From contig NIVC01003115.1 of the NCBI GenBank assembly GCA_002269645.1, forward strand, positions 54,554 through 118,553: DNA of 64,000 nucleotides, read 5' to 3'. The translations under genes were made by a program, and so were the position numbers. Under the pieces are notes generated by a model, which was not told where the DNA came from, did no database searches, and was given only the letters and a program-made list of their open reading frames with translations. Below, one piece after another: positions 39,816 to 49,559 of this stretch. This stretch comes from Macrostomum lignano. Lineage: Eukaryota. Positions within the stretch are counted from its first letter, which is position 1. Every line of letters begins with the position of its first letter.

Positions 39816-39854
<39 letters not shown>

Positions 39855-39855
39855 C

Positions 39856-39894
<39 letters not shown>

Positions 39895-42134
39895 CACAGA
39901 CAGACAGACAGACAGGCAGTGCAGCTGCACTCACCATTCTCAGGAATGTACCAGGCCACGGTGCCGGCAGTGCCGGTCCACAAGGCATTAGCAATGGAGG
40001 TAAACAGAGTCAGGAAGGCCAGAATGGCCATGAGCAGCAGAAAGTACCGATTGGACTCCTGCTCAACCCGGGACCGCTTCAGCGGCACAGACTTGGAGTT
40101 CTTCATCACCTTGGTGTCGGGGCCAGTGTACACAACTAGGCCAATCACGAAGCCAGTCTTGCGCAGGCAGGTGCCTCTCATCAGCAGCTGATTGAGGCTG
40201 ACTGCCAGGCGCTCCGAGCCGCCCTCGGGCTGCTGCAGCAGCAGGGAGCCCTTGAACTTGCTAGTGTCATCGTTCGGCGGCTCGCATATCAGACGGCCCT
40301 GCGGGAAGCACAGAGGCGGGCGCAGCGGCTGCTAGCTGGACTCAAACTATTCAGTTGAATTTGCCCCAGACCCCAGGATTCGCACCTGCAGAGCCACCAG
40401 CTGATGCGGCTGAGTCAGCTCGGCGGTGGCTGGCAGAGCCTGCCGCACCTTCAAGTTGGTCTCGCCGTCCAGATTGGCAGTTTCAATGTAGCAGATGCCC
40501 TTGGCCTCGGAGCTGGACAGCAGCAGGATGTCGGCGGGCAGCAGGCAGTTGCTCTCCACACGGACCATGTCGCCAACCTGAAGATGCTTCCATCTGGCCT
40601 CGTGCCAAGTCGAGTGGCGAAGAATCTTTGTTTTACTGTTGTTCACCCGCTGGTCGGTGCGAAGGCGGCCCTGATAAAAGTAAAAATTCAAATTTTTTTG
40701 AGTCACGTGACCTGCAGGTACGATATAACAACAGTACTTTTGATCTTTAAATGGTCGCGTGACTTATTGATTTAACTTATTGATATTGGAGACAGTGGCC
40801 TGAAGTCATTCAGAATAGACACGATAGCAGGTCACGTGACTCATGGATAACTTATTGCAGAGGATGACCCGAAGTCAGTCAGAATAGACACGATAGCAGG
40901 TCACGTGACTCATAGATAACTTATTGCAGAGGATGACCCGAAGTCAGTCAGAATAGACACGATAGCAGGTCACGTGACTCATAGATAACTTATTGCAGAG
41001 GATGACCCGAAGTCAGTCAGAATAGACACGATAGCAGGTCACGTGACTCATAGATAACTTATTGCAGAGGATGACCCAAAGTCAGTCAGAATAGACACGA
41101 TAGCAGGTCACGTGACTCATAGATAACTTATTGCAGAGGATGACCCGAAGTCAGTCAGAATAGACACGATAGCAGGTCACGTGACTATTAGATAACTTAT
41201 TGCAGAGGATGACCCGAAGTCAGTCAGAATAGACACGATAGCAGGTCACGTGACTATTAGATAACTTATTGCAAAGGATGACCCGAAGTCATTCAGAATA
41301 GACACGATAGCAGGTCACGTGACTATTAGATAACTTATTGCAGAGGATGACCCGAAGTCATTTAGAATAGACACGATGGCAGGTCACGTGACTCATAGGT
41401 AATTTATGGCAGATTATACGACTTCAAGTTTAGCAGTAGGCAGCTCACCCAGTCCTCCACAACCTCCTTGATGACAGTCAGCAGCATGATAATGCCTAAC
41501 GGTACCGCCGTGGTGAACCGGCCAGTGGGCGACAGGCCGGGAATTTGCTGGACAATGAGGTGGGTTTAAGAGGGGATTAAACCAGCACAGCATCTCATCT
41601 CCCATCACTGAAAAGTTGTATCTGAGCAGAAGCAAAGAAACTAATAAGGTAATACTAATACACTGAGTCAATCAGTTTAATCAGTAACCAAGATGGATAA
41701 TATTTTTTTTAATAATTATAGACTAACGGACCAAACAAATAAATTTTGGCTGGAGGGCTGCAAGCAGCCTGGCACAAGGCCTTTAGCGACATCGCCCACA
41801 ACCAGTGCTGAGGCAATTCTGCCCATTCCGCAGACTCCTCAGCACATTCAAGCTCATCAATACTGTACGCAGACAGGCACTCACATACACACTCACCGCT
41901 TACTAACCTGAAGCAAAGCAACAACAAAGAAGAAAGCATTGGGCGCTTTGCGAAATTGTTCGAACAAAAATTTTGGCCAGAAGGTTAACAGCGTGTACTT
42001 TGTAGTGCTGATGGAGTTCAGTTTAAATGGCGACTTGCCATCAATGCTGGCCCTGTTGAGTTCCACAAACCGCTCTTTGTAGGCTGCTGAGGCACCAGGC
42101 TCCTGGGAGCTCTGACTGTGCAAGGCTGCATAGC
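24755..42134 (-). CDS. ATP8A1: P4-type ATPase phospholipid flippase, ATP8A-like (exons 2-14; probable exon 1 at 52721-52622, total ~1192 aa)
   Basis: Exons 42134-41908, 41547-41449, 40670-40386, 40298-39935, 39374-39247, 39143-38697, 37998-37879, 36305-36084, 35165-34635, 33918-33552, 32532-32058, 31309-31194, 24852-24755, all GT-AG and phase-compatible. Motifs: [84 protein letters not shown]-terminal GYAFS (ATP8A/Drs2 type). Confidence 0.93.
24940..28642. repeat. 33/34-bp satellite (ggaattcaggaatctcaccctatagattgagat) with ~996-bp higher-order repeat, last flippase intron (left part)
   Basis: Direct; variant gatggacttcagg recurs at ~27256 and ~28252. Confidence 0.95.
28643..30557. mobile_element. 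Non-autonomous CMC/EnSpm(CACTA)-like DNA transposon
   Basis: Termini CCCGCCTGGCTG...CAGCCCGGCGGG (11/12 inverted match), 2-bp AG duplication of the satellite site, both ends dense in ATCCGG/CCGGAT subterminal repeats; no transposase seen. Family assigned from CCC termini, 2-bp TSD and subterminal repeats. Confidence 0.75.
29402..30013. mobile_element. hAT-family MITE nested in the CMC-like element
   Basis: TIRs CAGTGGCCCGTCCA / TGGACGCGCCCCTG; perfect 8-bp TSD CCGAAAGC at 29394-29401 and 30014-30021; internal CT-rich tract. Confidence 0.88.
30558..31125. repeat. 33/34-bp satellite, right part (continues the array across the insertion)
   Basis: Same unit and variant order as 24940-28642. Confidence 0.93.
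31700..32010. repeat. ~22-bp minisatellite (ggttccttggttgctaagtgga), flippase intron
   Basis: Direct tandem copies. Confidence 0.88.
32595..33450. repeat. 21-bp minisatellite (ctctgcttcaatctgcctctc), flippase intron
   Basis: Direct; produces the ERQIEAE-repeat ORF. Confidence 0.93.
34050..34585. repeat. 21-bp minisatellite (ctagaatctaacatgccactt), flippase intron
   Basis: Direct tandem copies. Confidence 0.93.
35200..35930. repeat. 31-bp minisatellite (cacaaatcccatgacttcacccgaaatgtgt), flippase intron
   Basis: Direct tandem copies, degenerate at the right end. Confidence 0.9.
36310..37760. repeat. 23-bp minisatellite (ttggttgtttatcttgtgtgact), flippase intron
   Basis: Direct tandem copies. 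Confidence 0.93.
38177..38720. repeat. 56-bp tandem repeat that duplicates an exon end plus 5' splice site
   Basis: About 10 copies; each reads (minus strand) ...ggacacattcgtcaccatcagggct|GTGAGTgctgtgtagt, matching the real exon/intron junction at 38697/38696. Confidence 0.92.
39520..39915. repeat. (CAGA)n microsatellite, flippase intron
   Basis: Direct observation. Confidence 0.95.
40790..41400. repeat. 69-bp minisatellite containing GGTCACGTGACT, flippase intron
   Basis: About 9 tandem copies. Confidence 0.92.
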
Positions 42135-42884
42135 CTGCATGTATAGGAAATTAATAGGTGAAAGAGTATGTGGTGAAGGATTATGGCTATTATGGCTCAA
42201 TGGCTATTGAGTATGCAATCAGGATAAGATTAATTAACAATTTGATTTGTGATAAGGATAAAACTAACTCTATAAATAATAAAAAATTAGTTAATTTAAA
42301 ATAGTCTAAGATATTAAAGTAGAATTTGTTAAAAACTATAATAGCAACTTTTAGATATCAAAAAATCACTAACAGATGAAAGAAATAACTATGCTGAAGT
42401 AAAGACACATATACCATTGTGCTATTAATATCTACAAAGTTATCAATTGCGATATAATACCACTATTTAAAAAAGTTTTATTTTTAAAAGCAAATTATCT
42501 AAAAAATTATATAGTGTATCATATTGAATTTTATTTATAATTATAAAATAATTACATTACTTTTGAAAGTATTTTTTAAAAAAAAAACTTTTAAAAATCA
42601 GTATTTATTATTTTATAAATAATTTTTATTGTTTTTTATTTGTCAGTCTTTAAAATACTCAAACTGCCCTAATGTCCTACCTATTCCCTATATTCTAATA
42701 TTCATTATGTATTTTAGCAAAAAGGAAACATTTTGTATATACATTGTACATATTATTATTAAAATATATATCTAGAGGCATATATTTATTATACCATTAG
42801 CTGATATTTAAAGAAACTTGTAGGAATTTGAAAATGATTTTTTCTAAGATTAATAAAGAAATATATACTTCATAGATTCCTATA

Positions 42885-43800
42885 TGTCGTAGGGCTCCGT
42901 CTCTCTATACAATTTCAACCGCTGACACCAAGTTGTCGTAGAGGTGTTCCTGTACGATACAAAATCCTACCGCTGTAACCAAAGTTGTCATAGGCCCTTT
43001 GGCTCTCTATGAGAATTTCACTGTTATGCCACCAAAGTTGTTGTAGGGGTAACTTCTGTCCTTACAAATGATTTCACTGCTGTCACTAAGTTGTACTAGA
43101 GGTTTTGCTTCCTTCTTAATAAATCCCACTGCTGTTACCAAAAGCTCTCCCAGGGCTCTTATTTATTCTTTTGTTTAGCCTTACTTGCTGCCACCAAGCT
43201 GTTGCAGGGGTTATTCCTTCTTGTTAATATTGCTGGTTATTAATTGCCTTTTACTAGTAGCGTATGACTTCTATTGGTAGCGTCTGTACTTCTATTGGTA
43301 GCGTATGTACTTTTACTGGTAGCGTCTGTACTTCTATTGTACTTTCTGGCCTGAGCGGTCTTTTAGGCAGTCTATCCTTATTCCTATACTCCTCTAACGA
43401 TATTATTCTCAGTCCTGGGCGTTCCTGGGATCAGAGGGTCACAGCGCACTTCGCTGGGTATTCTGCCCTGAGGCGGGTTTCTCAGACTCTAAGCCTGGAT
43501 TTCTCTACCCTATGGTAGGATTTCTGCCTCCTAAAGGCAGGTTACTAGACTCCTAAGTCTAGGATTTCTCGTTCTCTGAGAACGGACTGAACTCCCAATC
43601 TTGGGGCAACTCCTAAACTACTATCCACTACTTGAAATAAGTAACACGAGCAAATACGAGCTCAAGGCTGATAGAATTTCTTCTCAACTGAGAATTGCTT
43701 ATTGTTCAACGAGGAACAGACAAGAGCAAGTTGGTTTGCTAGGCTCTCAAATGGCCTCTATTTATAGTATAATTTTTCCTGTCATTTCAAACAAAAAGTA
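42885..43800 (-). mobile_element. Decayed LTR-like element beginning with a tandem array of six tRNA-Leu PBS-like units; right boundary unresolved
   Basis: Starts TGTCGTAGGG; six ~51-56 bp units each with a degenerate ATCCCACCGCTGCCACCA; CTATTTATAG (minus-strand TATA box) at ~43758 as in the solo LTR at 45659. Confidence 0.6.
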
Positions 43801-45438
43801 ATATAAAGAATATAGAAAATATACAAAGTATACAAAATATTCGTGTAGTAAAACAAAATAATAGCTTTTTTGAATTTATACCTTTTCTAAGAAATGTAAA
43901 CTACTAAAAGAAGAAGGCCTATTGCATATATTTGGTCAATATAATTTAGTTAAACCTGGATGAGAAGATTATTTATAGGGATTGTTATATCAATTTTAAT
44001 TTTAATACATTTTATGAATGATTTTATTATTAAAAACCTATTCAAGATTAGGTTAAAAAATTGAAACCTTAGAAAATGACTTAACCAAAAGGTCAATAGC
44101 CAATATATATGCACAATATGGCTGGCTAGCAAAGGTGAGGCCGAACAAATTTATAAAACATAGCTGGTATAAATAAAAAAAGTTATGCATATATGATAGC
44201 TCCAACTGCTAGGGTATAGTCAATGGAAAGTTTTAAGATAGAAAGATTTATACAAGCACTAGAGATAGGCCTATATTTTTTCTATTAAACCAAACTTGAT
44301 AATTAATTTAGGCCAATATATAAATGAAGCTTAAGTTGAAAATGAGTCTATTTGAAAACCATATGGATTAATAAAATTATAACTAAAGCCTAAAAATAAA
44401 AGAAATAAAAGCTAGGCCTACAAATAAAATAACTAGAAGTGCCTAGGGTCTAATCTTATCAAAATTATAAAGTTAATTACAATATCAACTTGAAAAAAAA
44501 CATTTTCATATATTTTAATTTTATACTTTAAAACATTAAAACATTTATTTCTTTTTTCATTTGAAAACTGTTTGTTTTTTAATACATTTTTGGAAGCTAC
44601 TTTGTATCAAATTGCTATTTTTTAATAGGCCCCCTAGTGGAATTAGGAATAACCAAAAGAAATTGGTTGTCTAAAAAATATCTTAGGCCTAGAAACCAGG
44701 CCCTTAGTATTGAATTATAAGTTTTTATTTTAGGCTTATTACATAATATTGAATTTAATTCTGCATATAGGTATTAATGTAAGAAAAGAGCATTTCTATA
44801 TAATTTGTCATAATACAAAACAAATTCAAGCATTGTCATTGACTCATTATTCATTAACAAACCTGGTAAATCTGGAACATCCTCAAGAGTGCCACCAGGG
44901 TTGTGAGTTGCACTATTGTTCTCATTGGTGTCACTCATTTTAATTTAAATTTAATATTTTTTAGCAGTACATACAGGCTAGGCTTACATAGAAGACTTAA
45001 ATCTTTTCTGCCACTTACTCTTACTTTTCTTCATAAAATTAGAATAGAAACTTTATTTTCTAGGTCTCAGGCCTGGTCCACAAGTCAAATGATTCTTGAG
45101 GTCTGGCGCTAACTTTGTTAGGTTTCAGTATTAAGTAAGTCTTTAAAGAAGATTCATATTATTGATTACCACGTTACTGACGGCTCGTGTTTGCTAGGCA
45201 TTGCCTTTTAGGCCTAGGCTATTCTTATAAAAAACACAGCAGCAGATAAATAAAATATTTTGCCTTTCCTAGAAAATAATATTCGACTTATGTTATTAAA
45301 ACAACTCCTTATTAGAAACTTTGTAAAACAAGTAATGTAATAAACAAATATTGATATCTGCTATTATCTTTTCATTTATCGAGAATGACTAAACGTGTAA
45401 CTTGCGTAATTGCTTTTTAAAAATTAACCTAAGACTCA

Positions 45439-46789
45439 GGGCCTTTTCATATTGCTTGTTCTGGTTCCAGAACCAGAACCAATTTGTGAAGTATAACTTC
45501 TTGTCTCCATAACTAGAGGGAGATGCGTGCTATAAAGTTTTTATTATTGAATGACAATCGCCAAGAAGAAAGTGAAAAATTGTGCTAAGTGAGGTTGTTA
45601 AGGCAGTCAAACATTAAACAGAATTAAACAGCAGTTATACTGCTGTTCAAGACACGTGTGATGTAGAGGCTGTTTTCTCGGGGTGGCCTGGTAGGTCTTT
45701 GAATCCCACCGCTGCCACCAGTGAAGTACAATGGGGTTTCTTCCCGGTTTAGGCACTTAAGATTACCTTAAGTCTCGAGCCTCTTCAGTGGGAAGTTCTC
45801 TCAACTCTCAGTAGCGTAGGTAGTGCTGCCACCAGTTCCTTCAGGTCTCGGCCTTCGATGAGGTGAGCTTCCCGTCGGAACGAAATAAACAAGTCAACGA
45901 ACTCAGCACAGCGTGCAGATTTGCAGATTAATGAACAAGGCGTCCTGATCAGCAGATCCCCGCCGGGCTCAGGGGTGGCTGGGAAGGCAGTGTTAGCCTC
46001 CCTTAGGCTTGGGCTTTAGTGGGGTCTCAGTCAGACCAGTACAAACGGATTCAGTACGCAAAGGGCACTTAGTTAGACACTGACGCACACGGGATCTTAG
46101 TGAATTCTCCGCAGATAAGAAGCCAAATCCTTGACGGAAACAAGGGGAGAGGGGTCCTATTTATAGCCGGGAAACACCCACGCACAAGACCCCGTGACTT
46201 GTTCTATTTTTAGAACTGACGTCACTTGAGATCTCGAGGCAGGGTCTCAGTGCGCGCAAGACCTCGTGACTCGTTCTATTTTTAGAACTGACGTCACTTG
46301 AGGTCTCCGGCCAGAGTACACGCGGCTGTGACTCAGTTGCTATTTTTAGCAACATGAGTCACTCCTCTCCTTAGAGAAGGGAGGGGTCCGAAAGCACGTG
46401 ATTCTCCCGGTAAACAGGGCCAACGAGTGCAGTAAACATGTTTACTGCACTTTAGGACTCGAAGAACGCAGAGTCTGTCATGTGACTTGCTCACATGACA
46501 GAGGAAAACGGGACGGGAACGAAACAGAGACAGCCCACAGCAGAGAAGCTGAGGGCTGAGAACAGAGACGCAGAAGGGCAGAACAGGCCAAGGGCAGCAA
46601 CAGACGGGCCAAGGGGGGTGGGAAGCTGACCAGCGGCAGACAGCAACCCAGGGCGAGGGCGAGGGAGACTGCTGACAAAGTGGGACGCCTAACATCAACT
46701 AGCGGATCACTACACGTGCTTGGATCTTCGGATCTTCTTGGAAGATCCGAACCGATTCTGATTCTGGAATTGGTAATATGAAAAGCCCC
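45439..46789. mobile_element. PIF/Harbinger-like MITE (~300 bp) split by a solo LTR
   Basis: TIRs GGGCCTTTTCATATT / AATATGAAAAGCCCC, 3-bp TSD TCA within a C-TCA-G context (PIF-type target), plus subterminal inverted ttccagaa(c/t)cagaa(c/t) motifs. Confidence 0.72.
45659..46714 (-). mobile_element. Solo LTR (1056 bp) with an internal perfect tRNA-Leu primer-binding site
   Basis: TG...CA termini, 4-bp TSD CGTG (45655-45658, 46715-46718), minus-strand TATA (CTATAAATAG, ~46158-46167), duplicated U3-like motifs (~46193-46330). 45701-45720 GAATCCCACCGCTGCCACCA equals the 3' end of metazoan tRNA-Leu(AAG/UAG) including CCA. Confidence 0.78.
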
Positions 46790-48843
46790 TCAGCTGCGCG
46801 GCACCAAGGACGACTTAAGTAGAAGGACGGGTAACCTCGTATCTTAGAAAATTTTAGAAGGCAGGTTTTCCCGAAAAAATACACTACGGAGATAGGAATT
46901 TTTCATTTTTCAGCACAAAAATTGCTATTGCTTTTGATAGGAAGTAGATCCAGTGTTCATCTTTTGATATGTTGTGCCTTTCTTATATTGCTCTATCGAT
47001 ATTCATAAAGCTTTTCGTTCAGAAAATTAGGATTCTATGTGAATTTTTATTCTACGTACATTTGCACGTGCCTTGTGCCTAAAAACCATTGAAATGGCAC
47101 AGCTCAGCTCTTTGGTTTTATGAGTCTATTTTATCATTCTTAGCTGACTGTGTAACAGATATTTGTGACAGAGATGATAAAATAGATTCATAAAACCAAA
47201 GATTCGAGTTGTGTCATGCATTTTTATGAATTTTAGGTAAGAAGAAAACCAGTCAGTCAGACCTACGTGCAGTGCTTGACGACAGAGCATCGAACAGAAG
47301 ATGGAATAATAGATGAAGACACATTGCCACAGGCTGCGGACAGGCAAGCCAAGCCATTTATAGAACCATGAAAGCAAAACCATGGGAGCACGGCAGTTTT
47401 TTGCAGCTGCAATATGCAAAGAAGATCTCAGGCTCTCTCTTTAGAGTTAATGGATGTATACTAAAGCGAAACTTTAGAATTTAAACAAAACCTTTTACGA
47501 GCTATATCTCCCTGAATTAGAGAATTCAAAGGTAGAAAAGGGAAAAAAGACACATTGATTAATTAGCCCAATCTATTGTAGACTAGCAACTAAAGCCAAT
47601 GAACTTCTGTGAGAGGGAGTAGACTTTGCAACCTTGAAGTTGGCAGGGGAAACCAAGGGGAAGCCTAAGCAATCGATTCCAGCGAGCAGAGAAGCCGTGT
47701 GAGAATAACGCGGACGAAAAATACAGACTGGGCCAAAGCTTTCAGAGAAAACAAACTGAGATCAATGAATTCGCAGGAGCCTAGGGAGTTGCAACTTAGA
47801 CCTGATGAAGCAGTTTTTGGCGTCAAGAGCTATTTTGCTGTAAAAAGTGAGACGAAGCAACTGAAATAGGTAAGTAGGTCGACGCGCTTCGATTAACTTT
47901 GATAACTCTCACGCGATATAGGGAAGAATCATATTGAATTGAAGCGATATAAAGGGCATAAGATATAAGAGTAAAATTTACGACCAGAATTTCGTAATGT
48001 GTGACAAAAAACAACAAAAATACGAAACCGGTGTGCCCAATAGGATGAGAACTTAAGAGTCAAAATGGAGCCTGAACTTTTAAATTCAGCAACCTTGCAA
48101 TGTCCTTTGGGTGTTCACCTCTGTCGAGAGCTTCGATCACAAGCCAATGTCATTCGTTCGACTGCCCAGCATATGGCCCAAAATTCTGGGGCTGATGTGG
48201 CCTAAAATTCTGGGGCTGATGTGGCTCCTCCGCAGCAGTTGCAAATGGAGCTATGGACCAAATTGATGCTTGTTGGACCAAATTGATGCTTGTTGGACCA
48301 AATTGATGCTTGTTGGACCAAAGAGGATGTGAACTTAAGAGCGATTTGGAAGCCGTGAGTCAGGCTACCAAATCGCTGCGAAATTCTCACTATTCAGATC
48401 CAAAATAGACAAGAAAAGCGTAATTGATCATTCTTCCACTCCGGCCGCTTCCGCATGGGATAAATGGGGAAAAATGGGGATTTCATGTGAACTTAAGGCT
48501 CTGAAATAAAAGCGGTGGCCGATTGAGCCGGTTTCTCTATCGGATCTCTCTACTGGACCGACAATGAGACAAGAATCGTTGAAAACCGCATCTCTCGGTT
48601 TTCATCATTTGGTCTCCCTGAATGGGATAAATGGGGGAAATGGGGATGTCATCGTCATGTCGACTGAAGTCGGTAATGAATTGAAGAAAGCGTTGTAGCT
48701 CTCTATCTTCACTATGATCTTCCCGACTCAGTTCAGTAACCAGAGCCAATTCGCTTGATGTAACGCCATCGAGGGATTCTACTGGTAAATGCTTCCAGTT
48801 GATCATCTTTCTCCAGTGTCAAATAAGCTAGCAATGGATAAAT

Positions 48844-48955
48844 AATCAGCGGTCGCAGTGCGTGACAACGATTGTCTGGCGAGCGCCGGTAGGCCAGAAT
48901 TCCAAGTGAGTCGCGCTCGCCAGACAATCGTTGTCACGCACTGCGACCGCTGATT
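48844..48955. repeat. Perfect 42-bp inverted repeat with 28-nt loop (miniature foldback or hairpin)
   Basis: Arms 48844-48885 and 48914-48955 are exact reverse complements. Confidence 0.9.
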
Positions 48956-49559
48956 CTTTGCATTGTTTTTCTGTTTGACGATCCTACAGACAATGCATTG
49001 TTTGTAGTAATGGATTGTTCTGCATTAAAAATGTGAATAATGATCGTCAAATTGCTAAACAATGTGTTTGTATTCTCAAAGGCTTTGGACTGCGCTTCTG
49101 TCCTCTTTCTGCCCCACAAAAGGCTCGCTTTTGTTGCAGCTACTTATGTCTATGGTTCAAACCAGACCCTAGACGTCTAATTTTAGACATGCATTGCCAC
49201 ATATGTAGCAATGATAAGTTGTCTATATGGTTTATATGGTCTATATGATTTTCCATGCAAGAATGGCATTCTTGCACTTTTTTGCGTGCAGGAATGGATG
49301 TCTATGGTAAAATCTCACTGAAAAAGCATTAGGCGCAGAAATGCATTCCTGCACGGTTTTGTGCATTCCTGCACGATGAATCATCCGACAATGGAATTCC
49401 TTCACGTTCAAATTCCTGGAGTTTGTTACCGAGACCGGACGCTACAAGTATACAGCCATTTATGAAAAATTGAACTAAAACTTGACGTTACTTACATGAG
49501 AATGATTCAGAGAATGCACGCTTAGTAGTTACTAAAGAATGGTGAATGCTTTAAGCTGT

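Noticed and set aside
45701-45720. tRNA-Leu gene fragment
   Set aside because: Match is limited to the 3' 20 nt and includes the post-transcriptional CCA, which fits a PBS or RT copy rather than a tRNA gene.
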